NCBI GenBank assembly: GCA_026023565.1
Contig: JAPETS010000009.1
Coordinates: forward strand, 372,001 to 436,000
Direction of reading: 5' to 3'
Length of the DNA: 64,000 nucleotides
From: Cirrosporium novae-zelandiae
Lineage: Eukaryota
Part shown: piece after piece, positions 1 through 12,832 of the stretch
Position numbering within the stretch: the first letter of the stretch is position 1
How the letters are laid out: each line of letters opens with the position of its first letter
The notes under the pieces: model-generated
Database searches by the model: none
Seen by the model: the letters and a program-made list of their open reading frames with translations, nothing else
What the model was told of the DNA's origin: nothing
Program-made: the position numbers and the translations under genes

Positions 1-4
1 ACAG

Positions 5-103
5 CAACAGTCGTGAACGTCCTTACTGCTGATCCGTGCCATCCCAACACGACGTAGTTTTGACCATGTCAGACCGGTCTGGTCTGGCCTATTCCCTTCA
101 CTG
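5..103. mobile_element. Terminal 99 bp of a hAT-type TIR element (GAAGGG TIR variant); interior lies to the left
   Basis: Ends in GGTCTGGTCTGGCCTATTCCCTTCACTG. Matches 34437-34535 at 93 of 99 bases. The same terminus occurs at 27123 and 43831. Confidence 0.75.
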
Positions 104-110
104 ACAATTT

Positions 111-490
111 TTAGATGTGGTAGGGGGGGGCAAACATCTTGAGGGCAGGGAAGTTACTGTGGCAAAGTGGCCGTGTTGGATTCTGTTCATGCATCTGAAG
201 TTCCCCAGCGTCTTTCTTCGAAGAGCGCCCATTGTTGCAGAAATGGGAAAAAGGGACTTCTCGGCCCGTCTGGTTCCCTCCAGCTGCCCTACCAGTTTCT
301 GCCAGTTCGATTCCGTCGGGTTGCTTATGAAGCACAGCAGTCTCACAATCCTTATGCCCACCAGTTTCTTCGCTGTTTTCCCGTCCAGGCTGGCTTTTGA
401 AATTTGCATGATGTCGTTCCCCGCCATCCAACATGATCCGGGTGGTATCCTTTCCCACCATCGCAGCGGCCACCACCAACCCCAAGTTGT
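111..490 (-). pseudogene. Frameshifted relic resembling a His-Me finger (zf-His_Me_endon-like) endonuclease domain
   Basis: Two overlapping minus frames give IVRLLCFISNPTESNWQKLVG, PFSHFCNNG and FRCMNRIQHGHFAT, i.e. an SHxC...CxNxxxH pattern. Two compensating frameshifts are needed. Confidence 0.4.
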
Positions 491-3218
491 AGCACTTGTT
501 ATACCAACATGCTCATAAAAATGAATAGAAGACTCGCTGGATAGGCTAGTCTTTTGGTCCTGAACATTCTGAGGGTACTCAAGGTACTAGAAGAGAGAAA
601 AGAACGATTGAACGTTAAAATTTGAAATAACCGGAAAATTCTATCTTAAAGCTTCTTAGAGAGTTGTTTCAAGGAATAGATAATGGGCACTAGGATAGCT
701 AATAAATCATGCACAGAAATCTAAGGAAATAATAGTATAGTCGTGTATTTGATGGTTAGACTTGGCAATCTATTCTTAAGTGAAGTTTTAAAAGAAGAGG
801 GAATTCATAAAAGTAACAAAGACTGCTTAACTGAACGCAAATAACCCAGAACAAGGATAGTCGGCATTGGACAACAATAGGAAAAAACTGTTGGAAGTTA
901 TGATTTAAACAAATGGGGGTTTATGAATTTAATAATATCCAAACCTCGATTAGACTAGAAACGCGCCCCCGATAAAGGATTCAAGTACTGTTGATTACGA
1001 GGGGTTATCCATAAAAGAAATTTTTAGAATACTTAGAATTAAATTCAAATCCTTAAGTCCCCACGAAGTTCTTTACTCTTCGGCTGACGATCCAATCTTA
1101 GTCCCTGCGAATCTCAAGTTTCTTTTCACATTCCTATCAGAATGAGTGCTAGCGGTCTTTGCCTATGAGTGTAGATGAACAACAGAAATAATGCCCGTAA
1201 AATCAATCCTGACACTTTCGATTGCTTTAAGGTGAATCGAAACAGGGCCTTTTATACCATATCAGACAATATCCTTTGCCAAACAATGGCCAATTCGTTC
1301 TGGATGTCTTATATATAAGGCTTACCGTGTAATATGTGCTTCACATTAAACTGTAAGGCGTCCTAATGATACCGTGTCCAAAACGGCAACATGGAATCAA
1401 TAACTCGAAAGCTCGTTCGGTCGAAGCTATTTTTGGATTTAGAATAAGGTGCGAGTTTCTAAATAAATAACGAGCCCCACAATATGCTAAATAGATCATT
1501 ACGGTAAGAATGTAATGATAGTAAATACCCGCTAAAGGATTAAAGAAGGAAGAGTGTGTCGATGAAAGAGAACCTTCAATGATGACAAAAGAACAGTGAC
1601 CAAAAATGGGTTGAAATCAAGTATTGTTTCAAAAAAAAAAAACTGTACACTATTTAATTGTTGTGAATAAAAGGTTGACGTTTGTCATGGATCAATTTGA
1701 ATTGTGTAAGATGGATAGTCATTAGTCTATGTAGAAGAGATTCTGGAGTTTTTGGATTGGCGGATTGGTCGGCTATTTAGGTAGTTATATTTGGGCTATG
1801 AAATATGCCATCTAGCTAACCATTAATTCCAATAAATCCTGATAAGCTAGGATGATTTGGATGCTTAGCTTCCTGGTACGAGACTGGTCTACTAAGCTGG
1901 AGAGATGGCTTAACTGGTCCCAAATTTGAGGATGGCCTCGGGTGATAGCATGAGTTTCTGAGCTATGCAGACCAAGGGATGCGTATGGATTTGATTGATT
2001 AAGGGGTCGAGGGATTTAATTGATGTGAGCGGGGATATAGAATGGTTATGCTATTCATAATTATTGACTGGGGCCAGCTTGAGATGTTACCAGAGGGTTG
2101 TGGCACTCACTTGATTCACATATACACACTAGGGCGTATACTGTTGGGTCTTTTGTTCTCTTAATAAGGAGCTGTCGAGCAAGTAATGCCAGAGGCTGAA
2201 AGTAATCCACTAACCTGGAAACCTGTCTGTTCATTGAGGTATGGGTCCCAAAAAGCTTCATCCCCAATAAGCTGACCAGGATCCAGAAATAAGGAGAGTT
2301 TCCCGACACCGAGTAAACATGACCATCAAATTAAAATTTTAAAGATTAATTTATTGCTCTGCTGTCCTTTTAGTTGCTCTTCTGCCCCTTTAGTTTGTTC
2401 GCCTCGGTTAAGATATAGTCGAAAGCCAGCTACCACAAAGAATCTTGTTCGAAGCGCGATTCTCGACGTAGTGAAGTGAGTTTCGGTGCTTCCCAGTCTC
2501 TCCTGGGATCTTGTCACTCTTCTGGTTGTGCTCGCCGGGTAGAAGGAGGCATAGGCACTCTTCGAAGGCATAAAGTAAGAAGACGTCAATCATCCTGTGG
2601 TGAAATTGATAGGGGAATATGAATCGGAAGTTTCTTCGGCTAGGGTGAACAGATTGAGAAAAGCATCAAGCTTCCCAAGTATGATTACAGCTAGATGTTG
2701 TAATTCAGACTCCATGCTCAGTAGGCTACTGTCATGGTTTCTTCCATACCCATACTCATGGGTGAAGGTAACCAAACCGCGGAAAGTGGTATACAAACCC
2801 ATCTGTAATAAGGACGGAACCTGGCTCCTAATAATTCTAGAAGTTCGTGATCAACTTCGAAAGGATATTTTTCATAGAGAGATCATCTTGGAATGTGTTT
2901 TGGGAGCACTTACCGTCATTAGGATCGAGTTTCGCTTTTTGAGAAACGGTTTCTTGTCTACCTCAATGCAAAGCTTCAAAGCATATCAAAAATATTAGAA
3001 TGCAACGATGACGATAAAAAATACTTGCCCACAGTAGCTACTGTATGTCTTATAGAGTTAAAAATAAACCACTCCGGCTAATTCGTGCGGTAAAAATTGC
3101 CGGTGAACTATAATGCATGTGAAGTAAATGTATCCAAGGGAGCATGAGAGTGGGGAGGGCTTTTCATGTCACTCGGCTTCAATTTTGTTCTTGAAGCGAT
3201 TGTGACAATATTGGCATG

Positions 3219-4011
3219 CAGTGTTGTCAATAGACTGGACCAAATAGACGGTCTATAGACCTTAGACCGACTAGGCCTTGATTGCTCAAGGCCTATTTAG
3301 TCTATATAAATGCAAATTGTAAGGTGAGGGGATTATATTTGCGGTGTTGAGGTTTGTGGGGGGAACTTCTGGCGGGTAAGAGGGGGGCTTTGTGGGTTTG
3401 TGGGGGGATTAATGACCCCGAGCGCCGAAGGTTTTCGATTTCTTTTACTACCTAGCAAAATTAGCTGTAAACAAAGAAAAGCGCGTACCACCCAACCTCA
3501 CCTCTTCCACCACTTCCATCTTGAATATCAGTTCTATGCACTTCTTATATTCCAAATTTCAATATGTCCACCATTCAGGTAGATTATAACTCAGAATCTG
3601 ACCTCATTTCGTCGATATCTCAACCAGAATCATCCCCTGCTTCGACCTCTCGAGCAACTTCAAGCGATGAAGCTCGAAATTCCCTCCGTCCAGATTTTTC
3701 GTCAAAACAACTTAAAGTCGGGAACAACTGCTATGGTTTAGCTAGCCAGCTGGAGACCGCTTGCTCAGCTAGAATGGAACAGGTTATCCCAGCTTTGTGA
3801 CATAACTAGCTAGCTGGAATGCGCCTGGTAAAGCTTAGAAACCTGACAAAAATCAACACCAAGTTCCTTGACTTATATATTACATAATCATTTTTTGGCC
3901 AATCATACCCCTGTATAATCAAATGACCGACCGTCTATAGATCAGACCACGCTTTCGACTCTGGCAGACCAACTAGGCCGAGCGCGTCGGTCTGGTCTAT
4001 TGACAGCACTG
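3219..4011. mobile_element. Non-autonomous hAT-type element, 793 bp
   Basis: Left TIR CAGTGTTGTCAATAGACTGGACC; right end reverse-complements to CAGTGCTGTCAATAGACCAGACC. Flanks TTGGCATG / TTAGCAGG match 6 of 8 (decayed TSD). GACCR/GACTA subterminal repeats are present. Confidence 0.8.
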
Positions 4012-5432
4012 TTAGCAGGCATATTGTTTTTCATCTCGATACGCTCTGGAGAAAAAAGGCAAAACTAATTAGCACAGTTAAATTAAAGTCAGGATAAATG
4101 GTAGGCCAACTTATAGTGCCGAATCTGCATCTCACTGCCTCAACACCAAGCGTAGCATCGTAATAGGCTCGGTCCCAAGGCTGTTTCACAGCCTTCCCCT
4201 CATTATGTTGGCGACATCGTCATTTTGGAAGACCTAAAGTAATTGATTTGCTTCTTCGAGGACAATAATGCACACCTTACCAAACTCCTCGGCAAAGCCA
4301 TTTTTGACTTTGCTTGTGACTGTACTTTTTTTCATTGACAATGTACGAGTGGGTTACGACCGAGACATTTGCTCCACCACGCCTATTGTTGTATTCTGGA
4401 GGTTTGTTGCCTTGGCAAAGGCACCATCCTCACACTTTGGTTTCTCCCTTAGAGAAATATATATATCGAGTTCATTGTTCACTTGAGTATAACAACGCAT
4501 TCTGTGCTAGACTATGCAGTCAATCCATAATTAATCATCGTGATGTCTGAAAATGAAAGCTCGGATAGTGTTACTCTGAAATCGCGATCACAGAATATTA
4601 TAGATAAGATGAGAAACATGAGAAATACGGAATAATTTTAAGACAGTGATGTTCTTTACGTCACATAGAGAATGGTGGGTTTGGGACATTGATGAAGAAG
4701 AAAAAGTTGAAAAGGTAGCGGGGATGTAGGGGTTTTTATGATAAAAAATATAGTAAAAGTGAATGTGATGAGCGACTGAGTGTATGATCAAGTGAATGAC
4801 CAAAGGAATGATTAGTGAATGGTTTTTCCGCCATCGACTGACCAGACTAGCCTAGCTCAGGTCGACAGCGGCAATAGTAATGTACAAACGAGCAGTTCGT
4901 CAATAGCGAACGTGCTGTAATCCTAAAACCATGAATACATAATAGAAAATCAAAACCATAATGGTAGAGTGGGGATTATAGAAATAATGCCGTCGTAAAA
5001 TAGCTTTTCCTCAGAAGCTTTCCAGCGTCCACCTAAATGCTTGATAGATCATGACAATTCCTCTCGTAGCCCTCAAAATCATCCAGATTTGAGGAAGCTT
5101 GCTCCATCAATGACAACGCAAAAAGGTATCCACCCGCTGAACTGACACAAACAACGAGAATATCAGAAGCCCAATAACAAATGTTTTTGTTTCAACACCA
5201 GCATTATGGATGCCGAAGCTTATACCTACCTATTATTAACCGTACCTAACTTCCGATATGGAAAGGACACTAGTTCCGGAACGCCTTTGCCTTTACCTGT
5301 ATCCTGTTTGGTCCCTCCCAATTACCAGTTGCCTCCGATACAATGCTTCCAACATTAATATTTGCTCCAAAATACAAATTCCATTCGGTTCCAGTAACGC
5401 ATTGCCCCTTCCATGTCCAACAAAACATTCGA

Positions 5433-7691
5433 TCACTCTCTTGTTTCATCAATGGTCCATCTTCGCTTCGGTTTCCCACTAAAGTCTCTCTCGACGTTGA
5501 AATTGAATCCCGCCCCTGTGCCGGTTCTTGACACATCTCGTTCGTTTAGAATAGGAGCTCCCCCATCACCCCATAGGCCTAGTTGAGATTTCCGGCGTCC
5601 TGTTTCCGCTGGTAGAGGTGCTAGATCATCTGGCTCCATGACTGCTTCATCATCTTGGCTAGGAGCAATGGATGGACAACTGTTTCCAGTATCGGCTCGT
5701 TTGGGTCCGAAATTCGAGGATGTAGCTGATCCCCTTCGCTCACCTCCATCCCCAAAATCAGGAAATATATCCTCACTCGCATCGCTCGTGGATGCCGAAC
5801 CTCTTCGGGTTGGTTTACTCCACAATCCTCCACTCCCAGACCTCATATTAAACACAGGTTTCACGTTTGCACTAAACCCTCTTGCACCGCCTGCTCTTGG
5901 GGTTGCGACACTGGTACTACGATAAAGTGACCCACTGCGGCCATCCCCAATAGTGAAACTCCCATCCACTGCCGTAGTAAGAGAGGATGCATACGAGGTA
6001 GTGGAGCCATATTTTTGACGGAAGTTGTACGCAGGTGGGGGAGGTGGTGTAGAAAGGCTAAGACGAGGTGTTGAGAGGGAAGGGATTGCGAGGGGATTGG
6101 AACCAGCACGAAGATGCTCGGTAGATGCAATGAGCTTAACTTCATAGGTGTCGGCGATATTAAGGGCTGTGGTACTTTGAGAGGAGTCCGACGATGAATG
6201 GCTAACGGGAGAAGAGGAGCCAGTAATGTCACGACGGACAGCCATGGTGAGAGAAGCCATTGCTACATCCATGAGAACTGGTTGGTCGGTCATAGCACCG
6301 ATAAGTGCATTGCATCCTGCGCCATGTGTGACAAGAATAAGAACCGTGTCAGTGTAACCCTCGGAAGCAGAGTCGTGATGAGTTTCCTGGACTGGATCGT
6401 GATGCTGGTACCAGGAAATCATCTTGTGGAGACCATTCCGGAATCGGTTGTGCATCCGGGGCCACTCCTCACCATACTCACCTCCATCTCCCCAATTTTG
6501 CGGAGGGCGCATACTATCCCACTGAAAGTCCGTTTCAACACAAGCATCACGGGCATGGGCTACATAGCCCGTAGGAATCGGTTCATTGGGAGAAACAGCA
6601 TACGTTGGCTTAGGAGGCTTGTAAGGTCGATGTGCAATGACCCTCAGGGTGGAGGATGAGTTTAGTTCCTTGGCTTTGCCATTAGCAGTCTTATTACCAG
6701 TACCCGCGTTGCTACTATAAGAGCGAGCACGTATTGGGAGAGTGTCATCAACCTGCGACATGTCCATCAACGAGTCATCGTCATCACTATCCGCGACCGT
6801 ATCCGAGTGGACTGACCCGTTTCCCCAACCACCGGGAAAATTCCCCGTCCTACTTGGGCCTGGAGCATGTGTTGGTTCAACATAATCGGAGCGACGCATT
6901 AATTCTGCCTTTGCATTGACAACCATCATTCTTGATTCAGGAGGAGGCGTGATTGATTGGAAATATTCTGGATTCTGCCACTCTCCCAGAAAGGCATCAA
7001 TTCGAAGGAGGGTCTTATGAATTGCTTTGATGACTTGAATCTGTCTGACGGGTGTGGCCTTGGATTCAAGTTTGATCTGGGTGGGAAATGTGGTGGGTTC
7101 GGCATCATATTTCGATAATCCGGGAAATAACTGTGGGGAGTTCATCGTTGGGGCAGATATGGAAGATCGAGAAAGATTTGTGCCATAGTACTGCCCTATA
7201 CCTGCGCTAATCGCAATAGATGTCTGTACACAGCGAAGATATGGAGAAGTATGAATGATAATCTTGTGTTTCTTGCCATGATGGGCGTGTCTATTTTCAT
7301 GCCGAATGCTTCCATGGCTCGAATGGCTCGAATGGCTACTACGTCTGTGGCGATGTCCAGTATCCGGCCTTTCAGGTTCTTCTTCCAGAATGGGGTCTGG
7401 TCTTTCTCTTGCTTGTAGTACACTCGCAATTCGAGCTCCTAATGCACGGGATTGAGTCCATCCGCCGTAGGTTAAAGGAGGATCGTAGGGTACCGGAGTA
7501 TTCAAATGCCATTGTTTATCAGCAGCATCCAGTCGAGCAGCGTGTCTACCCCATATTCAACGTCAATCAGTATAATCACCGGAAAATAGGTGGGATGCAA
7601 TTTGGATAGCAACCAAGTTCAAATACCAAAGTTCATTGGGTAGGATATGTACGTACCTCACTATAATGATAACAGCAGGTGGTTTATCCAT
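5433..7691 (-). CDS. Histidine phosphatase / phosphoglycerate mutase family protein (2 exons: 7691-7657, 7545-5433)
   Basis: Spliced start MDKPPAVIIIVRHAARLDAADKQW, then YDPPLT, TSPYLRCVQT, LGEW and LVTHGAGCN motifs, with a long Ser-rich C-terminus. GTACGT...TAG intron. Confidence 0.88.
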
Positions 7692-9600
7692 TTTAAGCTC
7701 AAAGTCTTTTAAGTCCGTCATGGCTTGGATTCTGGAAGCTTGGAGCCCCCAAAAGCAAGTGGAAGATAACGAGTTAAAGGGTACTATTCATGGGGAATCT
7801 TTTCAGTTTTGTAGGATAGCTCAGTGATAGGGTCCAGCCCGAAGGCGTTGAGCCTTGACGTCCGGGAACTCGTCTTGGCTTGGCAGAGGCAGAACAGGTT
7901 TGTGGCAATGTCCAATAACGATGGTTGGCAATGGGAAAGGAGGATTAGGATAGTGATGAAGTTGACAAGTGAAGTTAATGAATTTGAATATCTGAAAGAC
8001 TACATATATGTTGCCTAACAGTTGCTAAGTAATAAGAATCAAGAATGATGAAGAAAGATTAATTAAGTAAGAGAGTTTTGTGGCAGGATTAGTTGTTGTG
8101 TTGGACTTTTGGGCTTGGACTTTACTCAATAGGAGCAAAATGAAGCAAGCAAGTCGAGGAGTAAAAGGAATTCGCAAGCCAAGAAAGAAAGCGGAGGAGA
8201 TGCTACAAAATGCCGATATGTCGATGCGTTTTTTCTGATGCCGCTATTGTTGTTGGGGGGGGAGGGAGATTTCAATTCAGGTTTGGTGGGGTTGAATTTA
8301 TTGAGTGAGTATTGTAATAATTGTAATAATTAATGCCTATTTTCAAAGGCCGATATCAGGCCCAAATATCAGGCAAAAGTTAAGGGTCCAAATATTATAC
8401 CGTCATCATAAATCATAACTGCATGCATACTGCCAGCATAAGCATAACTAGATTCATTATTATTCATTATTATTCATTAATTATTCTACTGTGTACAACT
8501 ACCAAGTAATTAACAAGAACTCTTCGAATCAAAGAAATAAATCGACATTACTTTAAAGATTAAATTATACTCATCTTCATCATCCCACATCAAAAAACAC
8601 AAAGGATATGCAAGTTGGCATCACCGTTGAACTAAATTAGTGCTTTGTCGGTCATATGCTCCTCCATGGTCATTCTCCCCTCTCTTGACCCTCCAACTAA
8701 ATTTCTCCGTCAGGGCGCATGGTTTGTAGAACGACCATGAATGGAGCAACCACTACATTCTTATTTCCTTTGGGCTCTGGACAATGAGCTTGATATCTCA
8801 AAAAACCACCCAACTACAAGTACAAGCTTTCTTACCCAAGATTCAAGTTAATCGAGGTACTCAACCTCCCCAAATTTAAAGTCAAAAGTGAAAGTTAACG
8901 GACTGCAGCCACCAAAAATGAATTTTGGTATTTTCAAACTTCCCATGATGTTGTGGAAAGTTTAGAAACCTTCAGATCTACTAAAGTATAAGTTATGCCA
9001 CCGCCTTTTTTATGCTAGGAGAAATCATTAATTAATAGATGACTCGAATCAAACTCCTTCAGTCTTCTTTTTCTATAAGAAGATGAAAAAAATACACAAA
9101 TTAATTATGACGGAGTTATTGCTTGTGCAATTTGTCCGTGGGAGATCTTACCCCGATTGCATGATGACTATTCAAAAACTCAAAAGAGGGGAAATTGCCT
9201 GAGGCAATAAATACTCCCTACACCACCAGTTGAATGTCAACTACTACTTAGGACGGACTAGTTGCCATATGAAGGTTCAAAATGAAAATATCCTTTAACG
9301 GTAAATGCATGGTTATAATTTATTGTCTGTCTACTAGCTATGTGCCCCTGCTGATCCTACCTTTCATCTCACCACTGATTTTACATTTGATCTTGCTTGT
9401 GATCTTGTTCCTGATCACGTCTTTCGATCCTGTATTCTATTCTATTCGTTACATCGCAGAATACTTTGGTGCTCTTCCTTCCTACCTCATGATGATACTT
9501 CCGAGGCCGTCAGATGCATGGAATCCTTCCTGAGGGGATATCCGTGGGAGAGAGGGGATGCCCTGGCAGGAATTCACGACATTCACATGCGCATTGTTTC

Positions 9601-9607
9601 TATAAAA
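9601..9607 (+). promoter_or_regulatory. Probable TATA box of the alpha-amylase gene
   Basis: TATAAAA 77 bp upstream of the ATG at 9678. Confidence 0.5.
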
Positions 9608-9677
9608 TCCTACATCGGTGAAGATGAGCTGAAGATGTAGACTATCAATCCGTCCACAGCCTCTCAAGCATCTCATC

Positions 9678-11606
9678 ATGGGTTCTTTTATTTTGCTTTG
9701 CTTCATTGCCTATTTTCTGGGCTCTTATGCAGCGACTCCTGCGGAATGGAGATCGCGAATCATTTATCAAGTCTTGACAGACCGTTTTGGTAGAGTGGAT
9801 AACTCAACCACTGCTGCATGTGACACTGATGACAGGATATACTGTGGTGGTACGCCTCTTGAGAGGACCTGCGCCCAGACTCAATTACTTGATTTCTTCA
9901 AGTAAGATTCTAACATGAGAATTCTCGAGTAGGTTCATATGAAGGGATTATCAACCATTTGGATTATATCCAAAACATGGGCTTCACAGCTGTACAAACA
10001 TCATCTTCTTACCCCTATCACAAGATCCTGATTGAATAGATATGGATTTCCCCCATTACAGAGAACTTTGACGACGATACATCAGAAGGCGAAGCATATC
10101 ATGGCTACTGGCAGCAAAATATTTATGAACTAAATGCAAACTTTGGTTCTGCGTCCGAGTTGAAAGCTTTGGCAACTGCTCTTCATGAGCGAGATATGGC
10201 ATGAATCCTTTTCATTTCCTTATTTATACCAAGCTAATAAACCAAAGTACTTGATGGTAGATGTAGTTGGTTAGTCAGAGAAGACCATCTAAACTTTATT
10301 TTACTAATATTCCTTAGTGAATCATTTTGCCTGGCCTGGCAGCGAATCGTGAGTAAAGAAGCCCTTTCGCATTCTTTTTCTAATTAGATCAGATTGCTAA
10401 CGACCACCAAAGATCAGTTGATTATTCAGACTTCTACCCATTCGACAGTTCGGAATATTTTCATTCTTACTGCGAGATCAATTACGACAGTCAAACATCA
10501 ATCGAAGATGTAAGGTCCCTCAACTTCCACCATCCCAACACACACTAACTCACCCATCTCACAGTGCTGGCTAGGCGACTCCACTGTCGAACTAGTGGAC
10601 GTAAACACCGACCTCACTACCGTGCAATCAGAATACCAAACCTGGATTGCAGAACTCGCCTCTAACTACTCCATCGATGGTCTCCGCATCGACACTGCGA
10701 AACACGTCGACAAAACCTTCTTCCCAGCTTTCAACTCAGCCGCGGGTGTATACTGCGTAGGCGAAGTCTACGATGGGGACCCCACATACACCTGCCCCTA
10801 CCAAGACTACATAGATGGTGTCCTCAACTACCCTCTCTACTATCCCTTGATTCGCGCCTTCGAATCCACCTCCGGTTCTATCTCCGATCTCGTCTCGGAA
10901 GTCAACGCCGTAAAATCGGATTGCAGCGACACATCCCTCCTGGGAACTTTCTCTGAAAACCACGACGTTCCTCGCTTCGCTAGCTACACTAGCGACATGA
11001 GCCTTGCGAAGAATGTCGTCGCGTTCACGCTGCTCGCAGACGGCGTCCCTATCCTTTACGAAGGCCAGGAGCAACATCTCTCGGGTGATAGCGATCCAGA
11101 AAACAGAGAAGCGATCTGGCTCACCGACTACGATACCTCCTCCACGCTCTACTCTTTCGTCGCTTCTGTAAACCAGATCAGGAACCAGGCGATCTATAAA
11201 GCGAGCACGTACCTGACATACAACGCATACCCAATCTACTCGGATTCTACAACTATCGCTATGAGGAAGGGGTACGATGGAAACCAGATCATCGGCGTCT
11301 TCTCAAACCGTGGGAGTAGCGGGTCTAGCTATACATTGACTCTAGGTAGTACTGGATACACTTCTGGGGAGGTAGTTACGGAGATCCTGACATGCAAAAA
11401 CGTTACTACGGATTCGAGTGGAAATATTGCCGTTAGTATGGCAAGTGGGCTACCTAGGGTACGCGCCCTTATCCTCATACCCTCCACTTGACAAATGAAA
11501 TCCTATCCTGCCATCCTCTTCACCTTTCTAAATATACTAACCTACCCAAACACAGGTATTCTATCCAGCATCCCAGCTTACAGGCTCTGGGATCTGCAAT
11601 TCTTGA
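9678..11606 (+). CDS. amyA: Secreted alpha-amylase, GH13 Taka-amylase type, 8 exons, no CBM20
   Basis: Signal peptide, [44 protein letters not shown] and FSENHD catalytic regions. Last exon 11556-11606 ends GSGICNS-stop. Confidence 0.95.
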
Positions 11607-12832
11607 GACCCTACATCCATCCATGAACCTCAAATTCATAACCGATCTAACAAAAAAAATTCGAAATGTACTCAGGAGCACACTATACCATACATATATC
11701 TTTATATTTTTATATTTTTATATGTTCATATGTTAATGATGCTCCAAAGAATTAAGAGAGTCAACAAAAAAAGGAAAGGGACAAAAGAGCAACCGGAATG
11801 GCTTTTTACATGTGAACATAAGGCACAAAAAGATATATAGGACACAGACACAGACACACACAAATGCAAATATGCGGATGTTATTATTAACCATCAATCA
11901 TTATATAGCTTACCCCAGTACACATGACAGAAATCTTTGTTGTTGATTAATTTTAGTAATACCTCCACGGGACTCATTTTTTACAGACTAATCCTTTTCT
12001 TTGATACATTAATTCAGTTTTGAACTCTTATCATTTAGAAAATCTAACTATTATTAGTTTACGGACCTTTTTTTCTACCTAAGTGCTTAATTAATTCGAT
12101 TATTTGCTTCCTTGTTTCATTGCTTGATGAGCAGTGAGATCCATGGTGAGACCTATCTTATCTTATCTTATCTAATTTCCAAAGAAGCTGGGACGCTAAC
12201 TTTGGATGTTTTGATGTTTGCTTTGTTTGCTTTTCATATCCGTGTAACCAACCCTCATCGTGAGCTAATGTACCTCTGAAGTCATCCGTGGCGAGCAAGG
12301 CATCTATTGACTAATGACAACTGCTATTTCTACGCCTCATCTTCGGTAGGTTGCATTGTAGATCCCTATCGTAAGCCATTCTTGATAAATAGGGCATGAA
12401 GGAAAACGCCTTTCCAGAGGCCTGCAAGGTAGGCGTGTCGAATCAGATTTCTAAACAAACAGGTACTATGAAGCTTGTCCGACTTTGCGGTGTTTTAAGA
12501 CTCGACTCAGCCTTTATGCACCAGCTTAGCCTTGTGCCATTTACTCATAACCTAGAATCCTAGTATTGCGACAAGAATATAGCTACAAAATCCATCCTAC
12601 GGACACCTTTGAGCCAAATTCCACTTTATATTTTTTGAGATGAGGCTACAATTGAGAATCGAGGATTGAGTATATTCCCTAAGACTACTGAATTGGGGTA
12701 GGATCCTACGCAGGTTACAAAAGGATGTGAACTGATGCAAAATCGATAGAAGAAAGGATACGCAATCTTAAGCTCTTTTCAACAATAAATCACCCTAAGC
12801 CTACAGCCATATATTTTACTGTTTTACCCTTC

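Noticed and set aside
2061..2998. Cluster of short ORFs on both strands, possibly another gene relic
   Set aside because: No recognisable motif and no single consistent frame; cannot support a call.
4830..4870. GACTGACCAGACTAG stretch resembling the TIR family's subterminal array
   Set aside because: Too short and degenerate, with no terminus.
5621..7609. Alternative-frame and antisense ORFs over the phosphatase gene (likewise over kinesin, nucleotidase, GPI8 and glucoamylase)
   Set aside because: Shadows of real coding sequence with no independent motifs.
9500..9560. Possible AmyR site upstream of the alpha-amylase
   Set aside because: CCT...CCG spacing is 10, not the expected 8.
12132..12150. 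CAGTGAG as partner TIR enclosing the HET gene
   Set aside because: Only 5 bases match, with no subterminal array and no TSD matching TGAGAGAA.
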